Part shown: one piece after another, positions 19,847-30,122 of the stretch
Layout: each line of letters begins with the position of its first letter
How positions within the stretch are numbered: the stretch's first letter is position 1
Assembly (NCBI GenBank): GCA_944372195.1
Contig: CALVYK010000001.1
Span: forward strand, 47,644-111,643
Direction of reading: 5' to 3'
DNA from: an uncultured Bacilli bacterium
GTDB taxonomy: Bacteria; Bacillota_I; Bacilli_A; RF39; UBA660
Length of the DNA stretch: 64,000 bases
Position numbers and translations under genes: made by a program
Notes under the pieces: generated by a model
Told to the model about the DNA's origin: nothing
What the model saw: the letters and a program-made list of their open reading frames with translations, nothing else
Databases searched by the model: none

Positions 19847-20444
19847 AATCATAGATGAAATAGATATAATTACTTCGTTAAGCAAAAATATTTTCAGCAA
19901 TGTTAAAATAACTGATAAAGAAGGAAATATTGTTTGTAAAGAAGTATTATATGATAGTTGTATAATTGAAAAAGTAGATTTTACAAAACAAAGTATAAAA
20001 AAATTGGAATTTATTGATTGCAGGTTAATAAATTGTGATTTATCCAATTTAGAATTTGAACAAATATCCATTACCAGATGCGAATTTATTAATTGTAAAA
20101 TGATGGGGACTAATTTTATTGAATCATCGTTATTTGATTGTTTGTTTGATAATTGTGTATGTAGATATATTAATTTTTCTAATGTTAAAATTAAAAATAG
20201 TATATTTAAAGAGACTAACTTTGTTGAATCTAATTTCTTAGAGGTTGTAACTAACAATTTAAGTATTGATAATTGTGATTTTACTAATAGTAGTTTTTAC
20301 AATAATGATTTTAAAAACGTTGATTTTTCGACATCTATAATAACTAATATAACTACTGATTTTAAAAGTATTAAAAAAATGACTGTTAATAGTAAACAAG
20401 CTGTTGATTTGGCTATCCTTTTAGATATAAATGTTAAACTATAA
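19827..20444 (+). CDS. pentapeptide-repeat protein
   Basis: Tandem A(D/N)LxX-like pentads (CDLSNLEFEQISITRCEFINCKMMGTNF...). Confidence 0.65.
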   Translation: MKKPIIKIIDEIDIITSLSKNIFSNVKITDKEGNIVCKEVLYDSCIIEKVDFTKQSIKKLEFIDCRLINCDLSNLEFEQISITRCEFINCKMMGTNFIESSLFDCLFDNCVCRYINFSNVKIKNSIFKETNFVESNFLEVVTNNLSIDNCDFTNSSFYNNDFKNVDFSTSIITNITTDFKSIKKMTVNSKQAVDLAILLDINVKL

Positions 20445-20884
20445 TAATTTTTTATAGTTTTTTTAATATAATTTATTATGAAAAATATATTTTATTTAAT
20501 AATAGGATTTTTTTTAAATATTATCTTTATGGTAATAATATTACCGATTTTAATAATAAATAAAATATTTCAATATTTGAATAATATGCTATTGCTTTAA
20601 AAAAACATAAATAAAAAACAAGTTTTTGATAAAAAGGCAAAATGCCCCTTTCCCCATATGAAGATACATGAGAATAAACTTGTTTATTATGTTCAACTGT
20701 ATAATATTGAATCTTATAATTCTAACGTGAAAAACTTAATTTTTATTAAGAAAAGGACTTATATAGGTCGGCCTTTTTTCTGACAGTTGAAATTTGTAAA
20801 TGTTATTATATATTAGTTTTAGAAAGTTTGCAAGTTAGGTTGCGGACGCAGTCTGCCGTATGTTATAATTAATATGGTGATAGT

Positions 20885-21469
20885 ATGAAAACTATTTTTA
20901 GCATAGTTCTTTTTATTATTTTTTTAATAGGGGTTTATTTTAATAAATATTTAATTTGGATCGATGATTTCGGTTATTCAATTATTTCATTATTTATTTC
21001 TGATACTATGACTAATATAATGAAATTTATTACTTTTTTTGCTGATCCTATTTGGTGTATATTATTTAGTTGCTTAGTTATTATATTATGGAAAAATATA
21101 AGAAAAATCTTTTTGATTAATTTATTATCAGTTTTTATTTTGAACTATATTTTAAAATTGATTTTTTCAAGAGAAAGGCCAATTGATATAAATCTAATTA
21201 CGGAAACCGGGTATAGTTTTCCTAGTGGACATGCCATGATAAGTTTAGCCGTTTACGGATTTTTAGCATATTTGTTATGGAAAAGTAATTATAAATATAA
21301 AAAGATTGGTTCTTCATTATTAATTTTATTAATAGTTTTAATAGGTATCAGTAGGATATATTTGGGTGTTCATTATACTTCTGATGTAATTGGTGGATTT
21401 ATTATATCTCTTAGTTATTTATTATTCTTTATTGATATTATCTATCCGAAAATTAAAAAAATTAATTAA
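20885..21469 (+). CDS. PAP2-family phosphatase (undecaprenyl-diphosphatase-like)
   Basis: Motifs KxxxxxxRP, PSGH and SRxxxxxHxxxD. Confidence 0.8.
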   Translation: MKTIFSIVLFIIFLIGVYFNKYLIWIDDFGYSIISLFISDTMTNIMKFITFFADPIWCILFSCLVIILWKNIRKIFLINLLSVFILNYILKLIFSRERPIDINLITETGYSFPSGHAMISLAVYGFLAYLLWKSNYKYKKIGSSLLILLIVLIGISRIYLGVHYTSDVIGGFIISLSYLLFFIDIIYPKIKKIN

Positions 21470-21538
21470 TTTTGATATATATGCTAAAAACATATATATT
21501 TTTTTTTACATAAATGATATAATTTAAAAAGGTGGAGT

Positions 21539-22396
21539 ATGAGAATAGATAGAAATATATTAATAGCATTTATTTTAAATATCAGTTTTTCGTTATTAGA
21601 AATAATAGGTGGTTTTATTACTAATAGTATTTCTATATTATCAGGAGCAGTTCATGACGTTACTGATGCTATAAGTATAGGTATTTCTTATTTTTTAGAG
21701 AGAAAAAGTAAACATAAATCAAATTATAAATATACTTATGGTTATGTTAGATATTCTATTTTATCAGCTTTTGTAATGACGATTATTTTACTTTGGAGTT
21801 CATTGTTGGTTATATATAATGCTATAAATAGGTTATTTAACCCTATTGATATTAATTATGATGGTATGATTATAATAGCTTTAATTGGTATTTTATTTAA
21901 TATAGTTGCAGTATATAAAACTAGAGTGGGACACTCATTAAATCAAGAAGCAGTAAATTTACACATATTACAAGATGTTTTAAGTTGGATAGTGGTTTTA
22001 ATTGGCTCAATATTAATTAAATTTACCAAAATAAATTATATTGATTCTATTATGAGTTTTATTATTTCAATTTATATAATAATTCATGCTTTAAAACATT
22101 TAAAAATAGTATTAGATTTATTTTTAGAAAAAACTCCAGATAATATAAATATTAAAAAGATAAAAAAGCAATTATTAGAAAATAAAAACATAGTAAATAT
22201 TAATCATATTCATATTTGGAGTATAGATGGATATAATAATTATGCTACTTTACATGTTACTATTAATAATGATGAAGTAGAGAAAATAGAAGAATATATT
22301 AAAGAATATTTAAAAAGCGAAAACATTAGTCATACGACTATTGAAATAGAGAGGAAGAAATATGGAAAAAGTTTATTTTGCAAAAGAAATAAGTAG
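21539..22396 (+). CDS. cation diffusion facilitator family transporter
   Basis: Six TM helices; HD and HxxxD metal-site motifs. Confidence 0.8.
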   Translation: MRIDRNILIAFILNISFSLLEIIGGFITNSISILSGAVHDVTDAISIGISYFLERKSKHKSNYKYTYGYVRYSILSAFVMTIILLWSSLLVIYNAINRLFNPIDINYDGMIIIALIGILFNIVAVYKTRVGHSLNQEAVNLHILQDVLSWIVVLIGSILIKFTKINYIDSIMSFIISIYIIIHALKHLKIVLDLFLEKTPDNINIKKIKKQLLENKNIVNINHIHIWSIDGYNNYATLHVTINNDEVEKIEEYIKEYLKSENISHTTIEIERKKYGKSLFCKRNK

Positions 22397-23213
22397 TGAA
22401 AGTTTGATTAAAATTTATGAAAAATTAGGACGTAAATTAGAGGGGAGAGTTGCAGTTAAAATTTCAACTGGTGAAGCTGGTAATAATCATTATTTAAAAC
22501 CTAGTTTAATTAATGATTTAATTAAAAAGTTAAATGGAACAATAGTTGAGTGTAATACTGCTTACGAAGGAAAAAGAAATAATACTAAAGATCATTTAGA
22601 GACAATTAAAGAACATGGATTTACTGATGTTGATTTGTTAGATATTGATGGTGATATATCAATACCTGTTATTGGCGGTAGACATTTAAAAGAAAATTAT
22701 GTTGGAAAGCACATTGAAAATTATGATTCAATGTTGATGTTATCTCATTTTAAAGGTCATCCAATGGGTGGATTTGGTGGCGCATTGAAAAATATGTCTA
22801 TCGGTCTAGCATCATCTAGAGGTAAAGCATGGATTCATAGTGCGGGAACAAAAAGAGATAACATTCGGACAACACCACAAGTTGATTTTATCGAATCAAT
22901 GGCCGAAGCTGATAAAGCAGTGGTAGATTATTTTAAAAATATAGTTTATATTAATGTTGTTAATAATATATCAGTTGATTGTGATTGCGTGGCAAATCCA
23001 GAGCCACCTTGCATGCATGATATTGGTATATTGGCCTCATTTGATCCTGTAGCATTAGATCAAGCTTGTTTAGATTTGATTTATAACTCTAACGACTTGG
23101 GAAAAGATCATTTTATTGAAAGAGTTGAATCAAGAAAAGGTAAAGTTATTTTAGATCATGCTGAAGAATTAGGTATTGGTAGTAAAGAATATCAATTAAT
23201 AAATATAGATTAA
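22362..23213 (+). CDS. DUF362-like protein
   Basis: VYFAKE N-terminus and Cys cluster DCDCVANPEPPC. Confidence 0.45.
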   Translation: MEKVYFAKEISSESLIKIYEKLGRKLEGRVAVKISTGEAGNNHYLKPSLINDLIKKLNGTIVECNTAYEGKRNNTKDHLETIKEHGFTDVDLLDIDGDISIPVIGGRHLKENYVGKHIENYDSMLMLSHFKGHPMGGFGGALKNMSIGLASSRGKAWIHSAGTKRDNIRTTPQVDFIESMAEADKAVVDYFKNIVYINVVNNISVDCDCVANPEPPCMHDIGILASFDPVALDQACLDLIYNSNDLGKDHFIERVESRKGKVILDHAEELGIGSKEYQLINID

Positions 23214-23223
23214 GGGAGTATAT

Positions 23224-23919
23224 ATGAAAAAAGTATTAATTATAATTGGCATAATAGTTGCCATAGCAGTAGTATTAATTACCACTTTAATTATAAAAGA
23301 TTTAAATCAAGAAGAAAAATTAAGACAAGAGTTAAATGAAATAGATAGTTTAATTAATTTTGATGAATTTGATTATGATGTAGTAAATGAAAGATTGGGA
23401 AAAACAATTAGTAGTGGTTATTATTTAGTTGTAGAAAAAGCTGCTAAAAAATATTTAAAAGATACAATTGATACAACATTAAATTATGTTAACATAGTTA
23501 CAAATGAAAAATTTTCTAATATTTTAACCATAGAAAATTATCAAGAAGATGGTCCTGATTTTATTAATACAAAATTATATATTAAAGACACAAAACAACA
23601 AATAGAAAACAATAAAACTGCAATATTAAAACAATTTGATAATGAAACTGTTTTATCATACGTTGAAAATAAAAATTTAGATTCATATTATATTGATTTT
23701 TATAAAAGTTTAGCTTTTTCAAGTGAAGCTGAAATTACTAAAAACAAGCAAGAAATAGAAGATAGTATAAATGATGTTATTAATACGTTAAACGTATATG
23801 ATGAAGTAATTGATTTTTTAATTGCTAATAAAAATGATTGGACAATAGATGGTGAATATATAGTTTTTTCTAACAATGAATTAAGTGATCAATATAATGA
23901 ATTGTTATTAAAATTATAA
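23224..23919 (+). CDS. membrane-anchored hypothetical protein (paralog of 19121..19846)
   Basis: N-terminal TM helix; similarity across the body. Confidence 0.5.
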   Translation: MKKVLIIIGIIVAIAVVLITTLIIKDLNQEEKLRQELNEIDSLINFDEFDYDVVNERLGKTISSGYYLVVEKAAKKYLKDTIDTTLNYVNIVTNEKFSNILTIENYQEDGPDFINTKLYIKDTKQQIENNKTAILKQFDNETVLSYVENKNLDSYYIDFYKSLAFSSEAEITKNKQEIEDSINDVINTLNVYDEVIDFLIANKNDWTIDGEYIVFSNNELSDQYNELLLKL

Positions 23920-23967
23920 TGAAAAATTAATTATATTATGCAATTTACTAAAAAGGAGTTGATATAG

Positions 23968-24813
23968 TTGAAAAAATCAAAGAAAAAAATACTAAATATA
24001 AAAAAGATAAATAATAAATTTGCAATTACTAATATAATGTGTTTTGTAATATTATGTATAGTATTTTCTTTGGCTGTATCTGGAATTAAAAAACTGGAAA
24101 TTAATGACGCTAAACTAAAATTATCAGATAAAGATGTTGGTAATGAAATAAATCAAGAAGAAGTGAATAACGATGACATAGACTTAGCGTTTGTGTATGT
24201 TGGTTCAAAAGAGACACCTCAAACACTTCCTGGTAAGGGTGCAGGCTATTATGTTCAAAATGTAAGTTGTAAAAATGGAACAGCAAAATGGAGTAATGAT
24301 TTATGGTCTTTAACTAATGTTAGCGTTGAAAATGGCAAACAAATGGCTTGTTTACTAACATTAGGGGATACCGCTACATATGATGATACAATTGATCAAA
24401 GCTTTTCAAATTTGAAACCAGAAAATATTGTTTCTGGAGTTCAAATTGGTGATATTATTGGAACGGGTGAGAGACAAAAAACACTAATAGCGGCAGTATA
24501 TGTAACTAGCGCTAATACTTATGGTGATTTTTATAATGGTTCTTATTATGTCAGGTATGTTAAAAATAATGAATGGAGTGGAGCGGTTTATAATACAACG
24601 GGAAGAACATTGATTGCTTCATCGTTTATAGCTTTTTCAGATTGTGGATTTAGAATTAACGGAGTTCAATATGTTGGCCTTCATGGAAGTGGTAATTTTT
24701 CTATAATTAGTGGAAATCTTGGAAATATTGCGTTGCAAAATGTTTCAGGAATTGCTAGTGCTATGGGTGATGGTGAAAATGGAATTATTTATATTTTTGG
24801 AGAGGTACGTTAG
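23968..24813 (+). CDS. membrane-anchored protein with a C-terminal about 210-aa cassette domain (TTG start)
   Basis: RBS AAAAGGAG; C-terminal 24181-24813 about 85% nt identical to 27161-27794. Confidence 0.6.
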   Translation: MKKSKKKILNIKKINNKFAITNIMCFVILCIVFSLAVSGIKKLEINDAKLKLSDKDVGNEINQEEVNNDDIDLAFVYVGSKETPQTLPGKGAGYYVQNVSCKNGTAKWSNDLWSLTNVSVENGKQMACLLTLGDTATYDDTIDQSFSNLKPENIVSGVQIGDIIGTGERQKTLIAAVYVTSANTYGDFYNGSYYVRYVKNNEWSGAVYNTTGRTLIASSFIAFSDCGFRINGVQYVGLHGSGNFSIISGNLGNIALQNVSGIASAMGDGENGIIYIFGEVR

Positions 24814-24956
24814 AATTACTAGGAATTTTAATCAAATAATTTTAAATAATAAATTAAAAAGATTATTTTTATTTAATAAAAAAACATGTTATTTATTTGT
24901 ATGATAAATATAAATAGTTATGTAAAAAATAATCATGAAATAGTTAAGGAGAGAGT

Positions 24957-27794
24957 ATGAAAAAAATCACTAACAAATTTATAAATAATACTATATATGC
25001 GCAAAAAGGGTTTACCCTAATAGAATTATTAGGCGTAATAATAATACTAGCAATAATAGCTTTAATAACATATCCAATAGTAGATAAATCAATTCAAAAA
25101 AGTAGAGAAAGTGCTTTGGAAAGAACAATCGAAAACATAGAAAAATCAGCCTATAATTATAGTGTTGAATATGATTTAGGTTATCCAAGAGAACAACAAA
25201 TATTAGAATTAAAAGAATTGGCTAACAAAGGATTTATAAGTGATAAAGAACATATCAATCCAGTAACCAATAATGAATTGGAGGGATGTGTGTTATATAG
25301 ATGGAATGAGGCAACTAGTCAATATTATTTTAAATATGCTGAACCATGCGTAAGAACAGAAATCGCACCAACAATGACATTAGTTTATGATAAAGAAAAT
25401 ATAAATGAAAATGACTGGCTAAATAAAAATATAATGGTAAATATAAATGGGACAGGCACAAAATATTATTATTGTATAGGAAATACAGAATGTGAGCCAA
25501 ACATAGAAGAAAATAAAACAAATGGAACAAAAATAATAATAAATGAAGGAACAAATGTATTGTGTGCCAAAGCAGAAAATGCATATGGCGAAAGTAAAGT
25601 AGTATGTACAGAGGAATTAAATTTAGATAAGACAGCGCCAAATATAGAAGGAATAGGGGATAAAACAGTTCAAAGGAATACGAATGTAGATTTAATAACA
25701 GGAGTAACATATAACGATGCATTATCAGGAATATCAGGCGAATTAATAATCGAGCCAACAATTGTAGATACATCAGTAACTGGAACAAAAGTAGTAAAAT
25801 ATAAAATAACAGATAAAGCAGGAAATACAAAAGAAGCAACAAGAAATATCATAGTGGATGCCCCAGCGCCAACAATAACATACAATTTAGTTGATAGCAG
25901 TTCTGTAAATAGTAATGGCTGGGCAAAGAGTAATTTCTTTGTAAGAGCAATAATCACAGATAATAGCGGAAGTGGAATCAATATTGCCAAAAGTTGTTCA
26001 AGTAATAGTTCAAGTGAATGTACGCCAAGCGCAAGCTTTACATCAATAACAAAAGACTTCTATATTCAAACTGAAGGAAATAATAGAATATGTATCGAAG
26101 TAACAGATAATAATAATAAAACATCAAAAGTATGTAGTAGTACCTACAAACTAGATAAGACATTACCAAATATAGCTGGAGTAGCTGATAAGACAGTACA
26201 AAGAAATACAACAGTAGACTTGAAAGCAGGAGTAACATATAGTGATGCATTATCAGGCATATCAGGAGATTTGATAATAGAACCTTCAAGTATAAGTACA
26301 TCAGTAACAGGAACAAAGACAGTAAAATATAAAGTAACAGATAAAGCGGGAAATACAAGAGAAGTTACAAGAAATATTATTGTCGATGCAGCCGCACCAA
26401 CAATAACATATAAATTAGTAGATAGTAGTTCAATAAATAGTAATGGCTGGGCAAAGAGTAATTTCTTTGTAAGGGCAACGATTACAGATAATAGTGGAAG
26501 TGGAATCAAGACTGCAAAAAGTTGTTCAAGTAATAGTTCGAGTGAATGTACGCCAAGTGCAACATTTACCGGAACAACCAAAGACTTCTATATAGAAGTA
26601 GAAGGAAATAATAGGTTATGTATCGAAGTAACCGATAATAATAATAAAACTTCAAAGCTTTGTAGTGATACCTATAAACTAGATAAGACAGCACCAACAG
26701 CCGGAACTGCAACATTTACAGGTACATTAGGAAGTAATAGTTGGTATACAAGTAATGTAACAGTAAATAAAGTAAATGGAAGCGATAGTTTATCAGGACA
26801 TTCAAGTACAACAAGTAATATAAGCAGTATAACATCAAATACAAGTGGAACAAAAGTAACAATAACAACAACAGATTTAGCCGGAAATAGTTCAACTAGA
26901 AATTATACAATAAAAGTTGATAAAAATAGTCCAACGATAACAGCAAAAAGTGGAACAGTAAGTATCACAGAGGGTGATAGCAATCCAACAAGTAATTACT
27001 TTACAGTAAGTTATGGAATAAGTGGCGGAAGTTTAAGTTGTAGTCCAACTAATACAAGTGGTTTGACATATGGAACAAGAACAGTTACATGTACAGCAAC
27101 TGGAGGTAATGGCAAAAAAGTTACTGCTACAAAACAAATTGAAGTCAATTACGGAGATATAAATTTATCATTTAAATACGTTGGCTCAAAAGCAACTCCA
27201 CAAACTCTTCCAGGAAAAGGAAATGGATACTATGTTCAAAATGTAAGCTGTGAAAATGGAACAGCAAAATGGAGTAATGATTTATGGTCTTTAACTAATG
27301 TTAGTGTTGAAAATGGTAAAATGATGTCATGCGTATTAACATTAGGCGATACTGCTACATATGATGATACAATTGATCAAACTTATTCAAATTTAAAACC
27401 TGAAAATATAGCTTCAGGAGTTCAAGTCGGTGATATTCTCGGAACTGTTGAAACACAAAAAACTTTAATTGCAATCATATATATAAATGGTTCAAAAACA
27501 TACGGCACTTTTTACAATGGTTCTTATTATGTGGCATCTAATAATATTGGACAATGGGGTGGTGCAGTTAGCAATCCAACCGGAAGAACATTAGTTGCTA
27601 CATCATTTATTTCTATGTCAGATTGTGGATTTAGAATTAATGGAGTTCAATATGTTGGCCTTTTTGGATTTGGTAATTTTACTGTAACTAGTGGCAAAAT
27701 AAACAATGTTATATTACAAAATGTTTCTGGTGTTACCAATTCTTTAGGCAATGGTGAAAATGGAACAATTTATATTTATGGGGAAGTACGCTAG
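24957..27794 (+). CDS. giant type-IV-pilin/pseudopilin-like modular protein with tandem Ig-like repeats
   Basis: Class III signal KGFTLIELLGVIIILAIIA; two 528-bp tandem repeats 25623-26150 and 26151-26678; C-terminal cassette. Confidence 0.75.
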   Translation: MKKITNKFINNTIYAQKGFTLIELLGVIIILAIIALITYPIVDKSIQKSRESALERTIENIEKSAYNYSVEYDLGYPREQQILELKELANKGFISDKEHINPVTNNELEGCVLYRWNEATSQYYFKYAEPCVRTEIAPTMTLVYDKENINENDWLNKNIMVNINGTGTKYYYCIGNTECEPNIEENKTNGTKIIINEGTNVLCAKAENAYGESKVVCTEELNLDKTAPNIEGIGDKTVQRNTNVDLITGVTYNDALSGISGELIIEPTIVDTSVTGTKVVKYKITDKAGNTKEATRNIIVDAPAPTITYNLVDSSSVNSNGWAKSNFFVRAIITDNSGSGINIAKSCSSNSSSECTPSASFTSITKDFYIQTEGNNRICIEVTDNNNKTSKVCSSTYKLDKTLPNIAGVADKTVQRNTTVDLKAGVTYSDALSGISGDLIIEPSSISTSVTGTKTVKYKVTDKAGNTREVTRNIIVDAAAPTITYKLVDSSSINSNGWAKSNFFVRATITDNSGSGIKTAKSCSSNSSSECTPSATFTGTTKDFYIEVEGNNRLCIEVTDNNNKTSKLCSDTYKLDKTAPTAGTATFTGTLGSNSWYTSNVTVNKVNGSDSLSGHSSTTSNISSITSNTSGTKVTITTTDLAGNSSTRNYTIKVDKNSPTITAKSGTVSITEGDSNPTSNYFTVSYGISGGSLSCSPTNTSGLTYGTRTVTCTATGGNGKKVTATKQIEVNYGDINLSFKYVGSKATPQTLPGKGNGYYVQNVSCENGTAKWSNDLWSLTNVSVENGKMMSCVLTLGDTATYDDTIDQTYSNLKPENIASGVQVGDILGTVETQKTLIAIIYINGSKTYGTFYNGSYYVASNNIGQWGGAVSNPTGRTLVATSFISMSDCGFRINGVQYVGLFGFGNFTVTSGKINNVILQNVSGVTNSLGNGENGTIYIYGEVR

Positions 27795-27892
27795 ATTTTA
27801 TACTAGGAAGAATATTTTAGTAAATATTTAAAAGTTTGATTATAGCAAATAATTGGTTAAAATATAAAAGAATACATATAAATACTTGACAA

Positions 27893-28040
27893 ACATATAA
27901 TAAATGGTATAATTATATACGAAATGAAGAAGGAAAGCGAGTATTCTCCACCTGATAGCACATTAGCTATGGGTTATAAGCCATTTATTTTGCGTTTATA
28001 AAAGGTGGATACTATATTTGTGTCTACTTTTTTATTGTTG
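27893..28040 (+). promoter_or_regulatory. infC-rpmI-rplT leader (putative L20-autoregulatory structure) with promoter TTGACA..TATAAT
   Basis: Promoter cTTGACAaacatataataaatggTATAAT; long-range helix TCCACCT...AGGTGGA. Confidence 0.45.
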
Positions 28041-28049
28041 GAGGTGTCA

Positions 28050-28583
28050 ATTATCGCAAATAAAACAAAAGATTCATTAATTAATGAACAAATTAAAGCT
28101 AAAGAAGTTATGGTAATCGGTCCTAAAGGAGAACAATTAGGAACTAAAAATATTAAAGATGCATTAACTTTAGCTAATTATGCAGGATTCGATTTAGTTT
28201 TAATTAATCCTAATGGTAATCCACCAGTTTGTAAGATAATGGATTACAATAAATTTAAATATGAAAATAAAAAAAGAACTAAAGAGAATTTAAAAAAACA
28301 AAGAGAAGCAAATTTAGAAATGAAAGAGTATCGTTTATCAGTAACTATCGATGTTCATGATTTTAATACTCGTGTTAAAAATAGTGCGAAGTATTTAGAA
28401 AAAGGACATAAGGTTAAAGCAACGATAAGATTTAAAGGAAGAGAAATGGCTCATCCAGAATTAGGAAAAGATGTTTTAATGCGCTTTGCTACTGCACAAG
28501 AAAGTGTAGCGATTATTGAACAACAACCTAAATTAGAAGGTCGTATCATGTCGATGATATTAGGGCCAAAGAAGGAAAAATAG
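28050..28583 (+). CDS. infC: translation initiation factor IF-3, non-AUG (AUU) start
   Basis: Conserved N-terminus IANKTKD..VMVIGPKGEQLG begins right after RBS GGAGGTG (28040-6); the ATG ORF (28005) would start inside the leader. Confidence 0.8.
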   Translation: MIANKTKDSLINEQIKAKEVMVIGPKGEQLGTKNIKDALTLANYAGFDLVLINPNGNPPVCKIMDYNKFKYENKKRTKENLKKQREANLEMKEYRLSVTIDVHDFNTRVKNSAKYLEKGHKVKATIRFKGREMAHPELGKDVLMRFATAQESVAIIEQQPKLEGRIMSMILGPKKEK

Positions 28584-28595
28584 GAGGAATTTTAT

Positions 28596-28784
28596 ATGCC
28601 AAAAATGAAAACACATAAAGGTACTAGTAAAGTATGTAAAGTAAGACCAGGTGGAACAATTAAAATTGGTCATCCTGGAACAAGACATAACACAGGAAAG
28701 AAAAATGCTGCAAGCAATAGAGTAGGTAGAACAGCTTCTACTTTAAACAAAAGTGATTACAAAAGAATTAAGGATTTAATATAA
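28596..28784 (+). CDS. rpmI: 50S ribosomal protein L35
   Basis: MPKMKTHKGTSKR-type sequence. Confidence 0.9.
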   Translation: MPKMKTHKGTSKVCKVRPGGTIKIGHPGTRHNTGKKNAASNRVGRTASTLNKSDYKRIKDLI

Positions 28785-28795
28785 GGAGGTAAATT

Positions 28796-29314
28796 ATGGC
28801 AAGAGTTAAAGGTGGAACTATTAGTCGTGCAAGACATAAAAAAGTAATGAAACAAGCTAAAGGTTACTTTGGTAGTAAACATAGATTATATCGTACAGCT
28901 AATGAACAAGTAATGCATTCTGGTAAATATGCTTACCGTGATAGAAAACAAAAGAAAAGGGATTTCCGTAAATTATGGATTACAAGAATTAATGCAGCTT
29001 GTAGACAAAATGATATTAGTTATTCTAAATTTATCAATGGTTTAGCTAAGGCAGAAATTGATATTAATCGTAAAATGTTAAGTGAAATAGCTATCGATAA
29101 TCCAGCTGCATTTACAGAATTAGTTAATACTGCTAAAAATGCTTTAGAAGGCAAAGTAGAAAAAACTACTAAAGCTGTAAAAAAAGAAACTAAAGAAGTT
29201 AAAAACGATTTATCTAGTAAGACAGTTGCTGAATTAAGAGAATTAGCTAAAGAAAAAAAAGTTGAGGGATATTCAACAATGAAAAAAGCTGAATTATTAG
29301 AAGCTTTAAAATAA
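28796..29314 (+). CDS. rplT: 50S ribosomal protein L20 with an about 55-aa C-terminal extension
   Basis: L20 core MARVKGG...; tail ...[30 protein letters not shown]. Confidence 0.88.
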   Translation: MARVKGGTISRARHKKVMKQAKGYFGSKHRLYRTANEQVMHSGKYAYRDRKQKKRDFRKLWITRINAACRQNDISYSKFINGLAKAEIDINRKMLSEIAIDNPAAFTELVNTAKNALEGKVEKTTKAVKKETKEVKNDLSSKTVAELRELAKEKKVEGYSTMKKAELLEALK

Positions 29315-29386
29315 TTGTTAATTAATTTTAACAATTTTTTTATTGTCTTATTACAATATTTATTATATAATTGTAATGGTGATACT

Positions 29387-30100
29387 ATGAAAATAATAAA
29401 GTGGCCAATAATTTATTTTGTATTTCAATTTGCTTTAATTTTTTTATTAGCTTATACCTATATTTCATCTGGTAATGATGTTAATTTATTTAATGAATAT
29501 TTAACTAGTAAACAAATTTATTTAGCGCTTATTTTGGCTATTATATTTATACCATTGTTAATAAAAGATTATAAAAAAGTTAATTTTGATAAAAAGAATA
29601 AAATTAATTATTTGCAATTAATTTTAATTGGAATAATTTTAAGTTTAATTTATAATGTTTTTGCTTACTATTTTAATTTTTTATTAAAAACTTCATTATT
29701 TGATAATAACAGCAATTTAATTGTTACTTTGATTTCAACGGGTTTAATAGGACCTATTATTGAAGAGTTGATGTTTAGAGGCATAATTTATACTGAATTA
29801 AAAAATAAATTTTCAAATATGAAATCTATATTAATAACAACTGCCTTTTTTGCGCTAATTCATATTAATATTATTCAGATTTTATATGCTTTTGCATTAG
29901 GTTTTATATTGATATATGTATATGAGAAATATAAAAATATTAAAGCTCCAATTATATTACATATGGCAAGTAATATAACAACCACTTTATTTTTACCTAT
30001 TTTAATTCAAAATAATTTAATAATAAATTATAGTGTATTTTTAATTTGTTTAATTTTATTAATAATTATAAAGAAATACACTAAAATATTTAAGATGTGA
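29387..30100 (+). CDS. CPBP (CAAX) family intramembrane metalloprotease
   Basis: Motifs EELMFRG and FALIHI; the first 24 codons of the ORF-track frame lie within the likely promoter region (TATAAT at 29365-70). Confidence 0.65.
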   Translation: MKIIKWPIIYFVFQFALIFLLAYTYISSGNDVNLFNEYLTSKQIYLALILAIIFIPLLIKDYKKVNFDKKNKINYLQLILIGIILSLIYNVFAYYFNFLLKTSLFDNNSNLIVTLISTGLIGPIIEELMFRGIIYTELKNKFSNMKSILITTAFFALIHINIIQILYAFALGFILIYVYEKYKNIKAPIILHMASNITTTLFLPILIQNNLIINYSVFLICLILLIIIKKYTKIFKM

Positions 30101-30122
30101 TATAATTGTTGTAGGTGAGTTT

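Noticed and set aside
24710-24904. 64-aa plus-strand ORF overlapping the end of 23968-24813
   Set aside because: Out-of-frame overlap with a conserved C-terminal cassette, no RBS, and it runs into the terminator/promoter region of the pilin-like gene.
25330-26581. Four minus-strand ORFs (106-170 aa, Leu/Phe-rich) inside the pilin-like gene
   Set aside because: Antisense translation of the AT-rich 528-bp tandem repeats gives low-complexity sequence with no RBS; the plus-strand gene has strong pilin homology.
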